From: Octopus vulgaris
Lineage: Eukaryota
Length of the DNA: 64,000 nt
Direction of reading: 5' to 3'
Assembly: GCA_951406725.2 (NCBI GenBank)
Contig: OX597838.1
Location: 5,022,001 to 5,086,000, forward strand
The notes beneath the pieces are model-generated. The model made no database searches. It had not been told where the DNA came from and worked only from the letters and a program-made list of their open reading frames with translations. The first letter of the stretch is position 1, and each line of letters starts with the position of its first letter. The position numbers and the translations under genes were made by a program. Shown here piece by piece: positions 1 through 12,498 of this stretch.

Positions 1-4
1 AAAG

Positions 5-35
<31 letters not shown>

Positions 36-683
36 AGTATGTATTTATATTGATTAACGTGCTGTAGTTGAAGATCGCTACTGATCCATGGCCATCCATA
101 CGAAACCAGCGGCGTCAAATGGTAAATGGCTGAAGAAAATTATTTAAATATATGTTATTAAATAGCATTTTGGTTTCCAAAGTGACATTTTGTAGACATA
201 CTGTTAGATCTAATGATAACACTTTAACATACATCTTGGATGCCAAATTTTATTAGAATAATACTTTTTCAATGGCGTTTCCTATCAAATGTCTACGTGC
301 TGTATCGATGGTGTTAGGCTGAATCATAACCAATTTCACATTGACCTTGATTGAAACTTCGTTATTCATTATTCATTACTCGTAAACTAATGATGTCAAA
401 GACCTGATTTCTATCGATAACGTCGATATTTTTAAACATACGAACGGACGAAAATATTCAGTGAAAGAAGATGCAAAATATTTATAGATACGTTTGCAAA
501 CATATCCATAATTAAAGATGCACACCCAGAGATATACAGAACACCCCACCTCACACACAACAATAACAAAACAGCTTAGAGGCAATAAGAAAACTTTTAC
601 CCAAAAGGTTCGTAGCATTCAGATTTTCAAAACAAATTTTATTTAATTGATACTGTTTTCAAAAACTATTTCTGTGGACGTTA

Positions 684-785
684 TTTACATTATTTACATT
701 ATTTACATTTGACGGATATTTGTCCTCATCTTGTTTGTTGCTAACGCGACGTTTCGGCTGATATACCCACCAGCGTTCGTCATTC
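684..785 (-). mobile_element. Penelope-like terminal-repeat fragment with degenerate hammerhead motif
   Basis: Minus strand reads a-TGACGA-a-cgctg-gtgggtatat-cagcc-GAAA-cgtcg. C3 is mutated and helix II is GCTG/CAGC. It ends in short (cattattta) repeats. Confidence 0.5.
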
Positions 786-1520
786 TGCAAACTATAATAA
801 ACATCTTAGAAGGAATTTCACCCTTTTTATAGGTGAAAGTACATGGGTCACAGCTCTAAGTCATTATGACAAATGATAGGTGATGTGTAAATATATTCAA
901 ATGTATTCCTAGTGCCAAAGTAAATATCAGAACTGTTATATTTCCTTGAAGCTGCAAATCTCGATATTTTCTTCCATACATTAAGATACGTACAATAACA
1001 TATTTATATATGACGATGCAATTTTTTGACAACGTAAGGTATAAAGTTACAAAAGAAGCATAAGGAATTATAGACAAGCTGTGGTTTATTATTTAGTTAA
1101 GCATATTTTCGTTCCGAGTTCAAATCCCGCAAAAACCAAGGCTACCATTCATTTGGATAAGGGCGATTATACAACCGGTGAGAATATAAAATAATTATTT
1201 GCAGCTTAAAATGTTATTCAAGATCGTGGCAAGGATTATAGAGATAATTATAATTTGATGATGAGAATGATAACGATGGTGGTGGTGGTGATGGTAATTG
1301 TGGTGGTGGTGATGTTGATTATGTTGTTGAGCAGTTTTATACTGGTGTGGAGGTGGTAATAGATTTTAAGAAAATAAACAGAAATTATTAGCCGTAACAC
1401 ACATATGTAAATGCATATTCATACACATAGATACCCTATACACACAGACACAGACACACACACGCACACACATATACACACATATGATATCATATACATA
1501 TATATACATACATACATATA

Positions 1521-1572
<52 letters not shown>

Positions 1573-2129
1573 TATTTGTGTATATATATATGTGTGTATA
1601 TATATGTACATCAACATATATATGTATGTATATATATACAAGCACATATATATAATTATATATGTGTATCTATCTATATGTGCGTGTGCAGGTGTGCGTA
1701 CGTTTATGCGTCTATACATATGTGCATACGCATGTATGCTTATACGCATCAGATATCGCCTTCGAAAACATCCGTCTGAGAGAATTAAAAGATTCTTTTT
1801 TTTCTAATCGATCGAGTTGTATCGATACATCAATGAATAAGTCGATACCAAGAACAGAACCAATTCCATCTGCCTATCAACCAAACGCTAATTACATCAT
1901 CCAGACAACGCGAAGAAGACAAAGAATGTAAAGAATTTCTTCTATCTCTACCAAATGTTTTTATCGTAACATATTTTCTGATACTTTCGTATGGAACCAA
2001 TTATGTCTGAAAGATTTTGCACAGTAAGCAAAACTTTAATAAACTTTAAGAACTTCAGTCTTTTCCATGTTTAATAATCCTTCCGTACATTTTCAGCTTT
2101 CGTTTCCCATCATCTCATTACTCAACCAG

Positions 2130-2182
<53 letters not shown>

Positions 2183-2318
2183 TACATACACACACATACA
2201 CACACACACACACGCAAGAAATATATATATATATTAATATATGTATACACATGTAAACATATAGACAGATATATACATAAATATAAATATACTGGTACGT
2301 GGCAAATCCCCTTCATGA

Positions 2319-2319
<1 letters not shown>

Positions 2320-2386
<67 letters not shown>

Positions 2387-2388
2387 AT

Positions 2389-2460
<72 letters not shown>

Positions 2461-2470
2461 TTGTTATTAT
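2320..2470. repeat. Compound (CTA)n/(CTG)n trinucleotide microsatellite
   Basis: Directly visible; a second (CTA)n tract lies at about 2663-2737. Confidence 0.95.
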
Positions 2471-2570
2471 GCAACAGGACGGGTAAGGGTGATTAGGTGA
2501 TGATTTAGGGCTTAGGGGCGGGAGACGCCAGACCTTGGAAAAAAAGAAAAATTTGGTCGTATTGTTGTAG

Positions 2571-2662
2571 TCGAGGGCTCTTTGTTGACGCCCGGCACCA
2601 CTGGGAGGTGGCCCCTCGAAGTCGCTGGAAATGGAGATCTCCAGGTTCAAATTCTTGACCGG

Positions 2663-2663
<1 letters not shown>
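2571..2663 (-). ncRNA. Candidate HDV-like ribozyme (minimal, lacking P4)
   Basis: Minus strand: P1 CCGGT/GCCGG, P2 TCGAGGGGCC/GAGCCCTCGA, P3 ACC/GGT, L3 TCCCAGT, J4/2 CAAA. Confidence 0.4.
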
Positions 2664-2737
<74 letters not shown>

Positions 2738-3527
2738 AATTTTTGAATTATTTTTGCGATAGAAACCATAATTAAGATTCAATTACGAAAGAAATGCATT
2801 ATATTTTTGAAAAATAACCAAAACATTTTTGCGTCATCCCGTTAATAATTGTAAAATTTACATATTTTTGGCTTCTCTTTTCCACCGAACCGTTACACAA
2901 AGTCGTTTAGGAAGATATTAATAACATCTGTCAAACAATACGATAAATAGCTTTACTTTGGCCGCCGCCTATACAAATGTAATCAATAATACTAGAGCTG
3001 TAATATCCGCAAATATAATTATTAGTCTTACGTAATACTTGAGACTAAAACTAATAGAGTAGATATATAGATTGTGAGCACACACACACATATATATATA
3101 TATATGCATATGTGTGCATGCGTGTACCTGTAAATGCCGGTGTGTGTGTGTGTATGTGTGTGTATGTGTGTGTGTGTGTGTGTGAGCACAGATATATATT
3201 CACCCACGTACACATCCATCCGTATGTATCTAAATCTATCTATCTATATACACATGTTATGTGAAACGGATTATATGATATTCGTGTATGCGGATATTAT
3301 GTAATTATGTTGTGTATCCGCACACACATACACACATATATATATATATATATGTGCATATATGTATATATACGCATGTATATATATATATATTTATATA
3401 TTTGTATATTTGTATATATGTATGGATATGTTGCTCTACGTGTGTGGGTACATACACACATATATATATGTGGGTACATACATACATACCTACCTATCTA
3501 TCTATATATAAATGCATATATATATAT

Positions 3528-3589
<62 letters not shown>

Positions 3590-3645
3590 GTAAATATGCA
3601 TGTCTACACAGTACTTTTACGTACGTATACATATATATATTATAT

Positions 3646-3701
<56 letters not shown>

Positions 3702-4629
3702 ATGTATATATACTTATATAAATGCATATCTATGCAAATGTAGGATAGTATTTGCACATACATGTGTACGTACATTGTTTTCTCCAAAGTAAATGGATAT
3801 ACAATTAATCACTTTGGCTAAAATCATTTTAAAAGCCACCCGTATATTTACATATTGTACTCTGCACAGAAGATATATTCCACGTGTGCAAATTTTTATG
3901 CATTAAACCACATATTGACTGGTATATTAGATGAAGATAGATCATTTATTGTAAGTTCGAAAACTGGGTTGGATTGTGAGAAGAATACATGAGGAACGAT
4001 CATAGATGTCATGTCAAAATAACCGAACATTGGAAATTTGATAATGGAAAAATGTGCTCCTTTACAATTCAGGCGATTAAGTATTGTGTAATAAATTTCG
4101 CGGTTTTATAACACGCGTCCTAATCTAAGTTTTAAGGTAACTTATGCACTTTTCTCCCCGTCCCGAAGCTCTTTCAACATCACCTCAACTCAAATTTATC
4201 TAGAAGGGATTGTCATCCGCATATTTGAAGACCACGCGTACACAGCATGTGGGATCATGATGAGATTCCAGTGCAAAATAGAGCAGCTGTTAATTGTAAC
4301 ACTAACAATGGACAAGAAGTTGTGCAGAAACGTTAATTTTATTAAATTGAGCCGAGAAATTGGCTGATTGTAGAGAGAGAAGGCTTTGGTAATTATGATA
4401 TCATCCGAAATGTTAAAGGAGTAGGAACGTGCCTAATTATCGCACTTCTTTCTTTTCTATTTTGCCATTCTTTCTTGTGCAGTCCTGCTATTTAATCCTT
4501 CAAGATGTCATATTTAATTGTTACTTAAATACAATGAATTGCCTCCCGCCTTTGAATTTCTGTATTTAAATCTCAGCAAGGCCATCTTTGCATTGTAATT
4601 TCTCGGTTGTCGATAAAAAGATTTGTCAG

Positions 4630-4890
4630 TCGGTGAGCTGGTAGAATTTCTAGCACGCCGGATAAAATGCCTAGCAACACTTCGTTCGTCTTTACATTCT
4701 CAGTTCAAATTCCGCCGAGTTTAAAACTGGTATCCATGTAATCGATTTATACCCTCCTCAAAGTTGGTGGCATTGTGTCAAAATTTGAAACTAATATTAG
4801 ATGCTAAAATAAGGCTGCGAACTGGCAAAATCGTTAATATACCGAGCGAAATGCTTAGAGGCATTTCATCCGTCTTAACGTTCTGAAATT
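4630..4890 (+). mobile_element. Degenerate SINE family A copies (one body plus a second head)
   Basis: gagctggtagaa...gttcaaattccgccgag matches the family A head and B-box. Confidence 0.7.
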
Positions 4891-5160
4891 GTAATATTAA
4901 ATCTATAGATACTACACATGTATACTTACTATATGGTCAGCTTATTTAAGGAGTTTGTCTATATTTGGATCATTTCTTATTTTTTGGTTACAATTTATGA
5001 CTTGTACTAGCTTTGTGTATTTTATTTAATTTTAAAGTATTTAAGAATTTAAGTATTGTTTTAATTTTCACTTATGTATAATTAGTATTTTCATATATAT
5101 ATATATATATATATTAAAGTATATTTATTAATTAATTATTTTATTGTTCTAGTTTAATTT

Positions 5161-5249
5161 TAACCTGATGAGTGACTATATTTATATCGAAGTGATTTCT
5201 TTACTACTATAATCATTTCTTAAATATAGCCACGAAACCCGTGTCGTTA
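5161..5249 (+). ncRNA. Type I hammerhead ribozyme with extended helix II (Penelope-like context)
   Basis: TAAC-CTGATGA-GTGACTATATTTA...TAAATATAGCCAC-GAAA-C-CCGT-GTC-GTTA. Core intact, helix I TAAC/GTTA, 12 of 13 basal helix II pairs, GUC cleavage triplet. Confidence 0.7.
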
Positions 5250-5451
5250 TTCTAACACTTTTATACGTTATTATTATTTTTTTTGCAATTTACTTAATCA
5301 TTGACACTTTATTGTTATTTCAATTTTAATATTTCTATTATATGTAATTTTCTGGATGGCGTAATTTAATCGTTCATTTTGAATTGATAAAAGGTGTTTT
5401 TTTTCTAATTTTTTATATATACATACATACACACACACACACACACTCACA

Positions 5452-5551
<100 letters not shown>

Positions 5552-5558
5552 TGCTCAC

Positions 5559-5784
5559 GGCCTTCTGGTTCAGGTGTTTGGTTCACAAAGACGAGATAAT
5601 CGTTTTGAAGCTGACAGAACAATTTGTTGAGTTCTTGAGCAAAGCTCTTCACTCTGCATTTATCTCTGATCACTTCCTCAAGTGCACGCGGTGCAGTGTT
5701 CACCAGCTGAGGCAGCGTCGATTTGATGGTACGAGATGAGCTTAAAGTACAACGCAATCCTTTGATCAGCGTAAACAAAAACAT
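5559..5784 (-). CDS. Probable exon of an unidentified host gene (75 aa, MFLFTLIKGLRCTL...NDYLVFVNQTPEPEG)
   Basis: Non-repetitive, higher-GC 226-bp block bounded by a CAG acceptor (5785-5787) and a GTGAG donor (5554-5558). Only one minus frame is open across it. Confidence 0.5.
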
Positions 5785-5982
5785 CTGTTTAGATGCTTCA
5801 GAATGAAATTACGGCATCGTCAACAGCCGTCTGCAAAGCCAAACTACGTGGCTAAGGATGTATGTGCTTACGCCCACCCGCGCGCCTGTGTTGCAGCATG
5901 TTTCACGAAACGATGCTCCAACACTCGGTCAGTCTTTCTCTGTACATTATATGTAGGTATGTACGCGTGTGTGTATGTATGC

Positions 5983-6023
<41 letters not shown>

Positions 6024-6038
6024 AACACATGTATATGA

Positions 6039-6105
<67 letters not shown>

Positions 6106-6241
6106 TTAGGGAGTATATTCATTTTTATACTTTTTTTGATCTAGTTATATTTTTTACAAAAATATATTATATTTTTTTTATTTATGATTTGGTTTATGTG
6201 AATCATTGTTTGAATTGAATAATAGTGTTTTTTCTCTAATT

Positions 6242-6282
<41 letters not shown>

Positions 6283-6466
6283 GCACACACACATATATAT
6301 ACATACATATATATGTATATACATATATATATATATATATATATGTTATATGTGTATATATATATATATATATACATGTATATATACAGACACACACGCA
6401 CACAAATATGTATGTTTACTTACATATGTTTGTACGAATGTTTCTATGTTCGTATATATATACACA

Positions 6467-6511
<45 letters not shown>

Positions 6512-7106
6512 ATATATACATGTGCATGTATACATAATTCCATACACATCTTCCAGTGTCTTTGTAATGTATAACAATGAAAAGATAAAAAAAAAAAACT
6601 GATCTGCACTATTGCTAGTGTATGTATTTGTAGCTGCGGCGCATGTATCTGTGTATGGCTGCGTGTAAGGGAGGATATATACGTAAGTGAATATTTCTCG
6701 AGAGAGTTAAACGATGCAACATAAACCAAATATTAAGTGAAGCATTATTAAACGGTGAAAACAAATGAAATCTTTAAGTAAAAACATCAAATATCCAAAT
6801 AGCTTACTGCAATGCAGTAGCGGGTATCGATATGTGATCGATAATGGAGATCACGACCGTATTGTATAGCTGATGCTCCTGCTGGTATTGCGCTGATGAT
6901 GATGATGAAGGTGGTGATGAAGATGAATATAATGATGGAGAAGACAGCGTTGACAATGTAAATGATGATACACTCTATGGTTATGTAAATATAGTGCATG
7001 GATGATGTTTAAAGTGCTTACGTCTGTGATCTTCACAGGTAGTAGACTCATATATACATACATACATAAACACACACATATATATAGACACACACATATA
7101 TATATA

Positions 7107-7615
7107 TGGCTGCTCTCGATTATTGGGATCGCCTTAAAGCCTTGAAACTCTACTCTCTCCAGTGTCGCCGTGAGCGGTACATCATTTGTACAATGTGGAG
7201 AATATACCGCCAACTTTGCCCAAACGACCTGAACATTAGCTTCAAGGTTCATCCAAGACTGGGACCACGGGCCATACGTCCCCTGCCCAATTCAAGATCA
7301 CAGCATACATGTACACTACAGCATAATTTCTTTTCCTCAACAGGCCCTGCCCTATTTAACATTGTCCCGAAAGAGATCAAAGAGGAACAGGATCCCATCA
7401 ACTTTAAACGGTGTCTGGATAGATTCCTTCAAGGAATACCAGATAAGCCACCCATAATTGGATACAACTCACCCAACAAAAACTCACTACTTGAATGGAC
7501 CATAAACAAAACTTGACTTAAACAGGATTCAAATAATCCTATCAGGTGGTGCTATTATGTTAGACATGGCCTGGACCAATCATTGGTCGAAACATATCTA
7601 AGTTTATCTAAGTTT
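7107..7615 (+). mobile_element. CR1-clade LINE 3' fragment (ORF2 C-terminus and 3' UTR)
   Basis: DYWDRLKALKLYSLQCRRERY...GPALFNIVPKEI...FKRCLDRFL resembles the CR1 ORF2 end. A GACCAAT/ATTGGTC stem-loop and a (tatctaagtt)x2 tail follow. Confidence 0.8.
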
Positions 7616-8123
7616 ATATATACATATACCCATTTATATATATGTATATATATATGTATATATCTATATATATATATACAAACATATATACATGTATACA
7701 TCTTCATATATATATACATTTCTTCGAGCCTGATACTTTTTAAGCCTGATACTAAATCTATCGGATCCTTTCGTCCAAACATTAGATTACAAGGATGTAA
7801 ACAAACAATCACCGATTTTCAAGCAGGTGAAAAGTGTGGTTTTCAAATGCTAAGACGCATGCATGCTTACATACTTATGTAACATTTTTGCAACGGTGAA
7901 TCTCGAAGCACAAGATGCTATAAGATGTGCAATGTAACAATTGGCTTCAAAAGTCCTTTAGGTGGAAAATACAATGTTTGCCCACGTGATTTGAACCAAC
8001 ACCTTTTAAAACATTAACATTTTCTTTCCAAAGCGTATTTTAACTATTATTTCCACGCTATTATTCATAGCTTTATTTACTTCGAGATTCATCGTTCAAC
8101 ATATAAATTGTCTCAAGATTCCG

Positions 8124-8179
<56 letters not shown>

Positions 8180-8623
8180 GTATGTATCTATGTATGTATA
8201 TAAATCTATATATATATGTGTGTATATATATATATATATACGTATATACATATATATATATAACTATATATGCATATGTATATGTATGTATGTATGTTTA
8301 AATATGTATATATGCGTATGCGTATGTATATGTGTAGGTGTATATATATATGCGATTCGTAGACGCATACAACAATATAGTTTTCACGACTACATACTTG
8401 ATAACCCCGCTGTGTTACTGGTCATCCTTGTAGACACTGGTGATCTATCACGTACGATTACCTAAATATTATTTAGCTCTTACAGATATATATTTATTCA
8501 TTATTCACCATAAGATATATTCTTCATAATTTTTCGACAGTTCAAAGTTGATATCAAATATGATATTCTTGCTTTGTTTTGTCTGTTTTTGTGTTTTGCC
8601 TCGGTGAAATATTATTATTTCAT

Positions 8624-9009
8624 ACTAGCAGTATCGCCCGGCGTTGCTCAGGTTTGTAAGGGAAATAACTATAAAGCATTTTTAGAGAGTTATAGCCAAA
8701 AAATAGCAAAAAAATGGAAAAAAAATGATGGTAAATTTTTTTGAGAGTTAAAAAAGGTGGAGTTGCGTCCCCTAGACGGTATGTGGTTTGGGTTTCTGAT
8801 TCTCGACCCCATGTCGAATTTATCGATTTTTTTCAGAACTGGGGGAACTTTTCAAAATTTTCGCTGCGTTAGTTTTGAATTATGACATTGGGCTATGTGT
8901 GTGTCAAGTTTCATCAGAATCGGTTGAAAGCCGTGGTCAGGGTGAAGGTACAACCTAACAGACACACAGAAACACACACAGACAAACTGCCGTTTATATA
9001 GAGAGAGAT
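8624..9009 (+). mobile_element. DINE-1/Helentron-associated non-autonomous element
   Basis: Starts ACTAGCAGTATCGCCCGGCGTTGCTC, contains caagtttcatcagaatcgg, and has CAGACA repeats before a tttatatagagagat end. Confidence 0.65.
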
Positions 9010-9207
9010 TTTGAGCTAGATGACCATAATGCTGAAGAGATACACCCCGGGCAACAAATTTGCATTTTTTTTTTTCAATTTTTATTGTAGCATAGAGTAG
9101 GTTGCATTCCTTCCCACTCTCCGTTGACAGTATCCATCAGCCAGGTATATACACATGAATATACATACACATTCGCACAGGTGCGCGCACACACACATGT
9201 ATTCTGT

Positions 9208-9600
9208 ATTCTTTTACTTGTTTCAGTCATTTGACTGTGGCCATTGCTGGAGCACCGCCTTTAGGACTTATTCTTTGTAAGCCTAGTACTTATTCTATCG
9301 GTCTTTTTTACCGAACCGCTAAGTTACGGGGACGTAAACACACCAGTATCGGTTGTCAAGCGATGTTGGTAGGGACAAACACAGACACACAAACACACAC
9401 ACACACACATACACATACATATATATACATATACGACGGACTTCTTTTAGTTTCCGTCTACGAAATCCACTCACAAGGCTTTGGTCGGCCCGAAGCTATA
9501 GTAGAAGACACTTGCCCAAGGTGCTACGCTGTGGGTCTGAACCCGGAACCATGTGGTTGGTAAGCAAGCTACTTACAACACACACACTCCTACGCCTGTA
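9208..9600 (-). mobile_element. SINE family C
   Basis: Matches the copies at 22725 and 23474: head ggagtg...ggtaagtagcttgc, internal (TA/TG)n, tail gaaacaagtaaaag. Confidence 0.9.
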
Positions 9601-9900
9601 GATGCACACAGACACATTCATACACATTCATACCTACAGAAACACACACATATACACACATATCTGTGTATCAAATTATATAGTATTGTAGACCCATCTT
9701 ACCAATACGTAAGCGTGCATGTATGAATGTATGTATATGTGCGTGAATGCATGTCTCTGTAATATATCTACATCTGTCTGTTTATATGTATGTGTGTTTG
9801 AATGTATACATGCATGCATGTGTGAATATATGTATACACGTATATATATATAAATATATATATATATACACGTATATATATATAAATATATATATACACG

Positions 9901-9983
<83 letters not shown>

Positions 9984-10734
9984 TCGGGGTGAGTACTTGA
10001 TAATTATAAGCACCTGTGTATACCGTTTGGTGGTGTAGGTGGTGGAGTAAATTGCTCAAAATAAAATAAAAACATGATGCCAAGGATTCAGCGTATATAT
10101 ATATATATATATATAACTTTAAGTATGATAATTCATTGAGTACTTTCTGCATTGATTTCTCTTTGAAATTAAAAGATGTATACTTTAAATGCTGCTTCCA
10201 GCATTCAATGAAACTTTCGCTAATGCGTGGAACAGCAAAACAGATACGTTTTTCGTAAACAGTAAACAATCATTTCAATCAGAACCTGGAGATTATTTCC
10301 TTCTTGTCTTCGTCTTTACGCTTTTTTAAAATCTTTTTGGCAATCTTTTTCCTCATTGAGGTTGTTTCTGTGGACAAGTAAATTCGATTAAATCTTCTAC
10401 TTCAAGATTTATTATTATTATTATTTTTTTTTTTTTTTACATTTCTCAAGTAATTATGGACTGGAAATTCTCGCTAATCTTTCAGACTTAGAATAGCTTT
10501 AATGCTGATTCAATAATCTGGATTACTATTATGGCTTACAAAAAAAAAAAAAAACCACCTGTAAACAACGGCAAAAAAGCCCAAAAAACAATGCAAACAA
10601 AGAAAGAAACGAACAAACAAACATATAGCATTAAATCTCCCAGAATATGTGATCAAGTCTTTCTCTGTTTCTCACAAATAATCTTTGAAATTTACAGGTA
10701 AACATGGACATATGTATGCATGCATACATGCATG

Positions 10735-10798
10735 CATGTATGTATGTATGTATGTATGTATGTATGTATGTATGTATGTATGTATGTATGTATGTATG

Positions 10799-10830
<32 letters not shown>

Positions 10831-11134
10831 TTTTTTGTATGTATGTATGTATGTATGTATGTATGTATGTATGTATGTATGTATGTATGTATGTATGTAT
10901 GTATGTATGTATGTATGTATGTATGTATGTATGTATGTATGTATGTATGTATGTATGTATGTATGCGTGCATGTATGTATGTATGTATGTATGTAATGTA
11001 TGTATGTATGTATGTATGTATGTATGTATGTATGTATGTATGTATGTATGTATGTATGTATGTATGTATGTATGTATGTATGTTTGTATGTATGTATGTA
11101 TGTATGTATGTATGTATGTATGTATGTATGTATG

Positions 11135-11168
<34 letters not shown>

Positions 11169-11196
11169 TGTATGTATGTATGTATGTATGTATGTA
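10735..11196. repeat. (TATG)n tetranucleotide microsatellite, about 460 bp
   Basis: Directly visible. Confidence 0.97.
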
Positions 11197-11267
11197 TATA
11201 CACGCTAACACGCACGTATATATATATATATATATATATATATAATCAACAGTACATCAAGTAGTGA

Positions 11268-11353
11268 TGCAGTACGAGCGTTTCAAGCGGTTCCATTTAA
11301 TTGAACAATGCAATCATTACATCAGTTTCAATGTAGTGCAATCTTCAGCTGCA
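11268..11353 (-). ncRNA. Type I hammerhead motif with branched helix II
   Basis: Minus strand: TGCAG-CTGAAGA-[two hairpins TACAT/ATGTA and GTTC/GAAC]-GAAA-C-GCTC-GTA-CTGCA. Helix I is a perfect 5 bp; the helix II base is poorly paired. Confidence 0.55.
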
Positions 11354-12135
11354 AAAATAAATAAATGAAATTTTAACAAGTAGGACACCTTAATATAATT
11401 TTTCTCAAATATTTTAACAGAGCAAGATGATGGAAGACATTCATGGTTTGGCTATTGCAGCTAAGATTAGACTATAACTTCTAAGAATCGCATGGGACAT
11501 AGTGGAGCCATAGGGTTATAAAGGATTGCAGTTCATTTCTAATTCATGTATTTCTTTAGCAACTACTAAATCTAAAACTAAAAGACTATCTATTTTGAAA
11601 AAAGGACAAGAGTGAGTTGACAGCTCATGGATAGGTATGGTCATAAATATTATCATATGTATCCCTTTTCCCCAGGGAGGAAATAAGACATTAGGGGTAG
11701 TCTGTTGGATGTAAGTAACCGTCTTTAAAATGATGCAGAGTAGGGGTAGACTTTAAATCCTGATTTTAATTACCAGTTAAAGGGGCTAAAAGGCTAAGAA
11801 ACCTAAGATGTTAATACAGAAGAAATTTTATTTAGGGGTGATTGTTTATAGCATGTATATCTTTCCAGTTATTCCATAAGTAAATACCTTAAGAAGTTTT
11901 CATAGAAACCACCTAATAAGTAATTAATTACATGAATATATATTAAACTGAGTCTATGTAATCTTCCATTTTAATGGTTATAATTGTTATATGCCCACCT
12001 TTTACCTATTTTGGTTATGGTAACATTTTTGAAATTCTTCAATTTTATTTATTAAAAAGCATAGCGATATTGATTATAAACTGAGTGTCCCTAAATAAAA
12101 TTTCCTCTGAATTGATATCTTAGGTTTCTTAACCG
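11354..12135 (-). mobile_element. Degenerate Penelope-like reverse transcriptase relic
   Basis: Frameshifted minus translation NVTITKIGK/GGHITIITIKMEDYI resembles PLE IIKPADKGGxxVIMxxxDY. PYGSTMS resembles MGSPLS. It lies next to the hammerhead motif. Confidence 0.55.
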
Positions 12136-12281
12136 ACTGAAACGATCTTATTGCGCTGTTACTTCATATCATTTTACTTATTTTGACTTTTCATCACCTT
12201 ACTTCGGGCTGTGCGGATAATACCGGACTGCTTGCTGCTTCAACTTATGTACCTCACTCAACGGAAGCTCAATTATCTTTC

Positions 12282-12328
<47 letters not shown>

Positions 12329-12354
12329 ATATATATATATATATATATATACGT

Positions 12355-12498
12355 ACGACGGGCTTCTTTCAGTTTCCATCTGTCGACCTGAGGTTATAGT
12401 AGTAAACACTTGCCCAAGGTGCCACACAGTGGGACTGAACCCGGACCCATGTGATTGGGGAGCAAGCTTCTTACCACACAGACACTTCTGTGCCTATG
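12355..12498 (-). mobile_element. SINE family C, 5' half
   Basis: acacttgcccaaggtgccac...ttaccacac matches family C. Confidence 0.8.

Noticed and set aside
2504-2517. TTAGGG telomeric repeats
   Set aside because: Only two interrupted units, consistent with chance.
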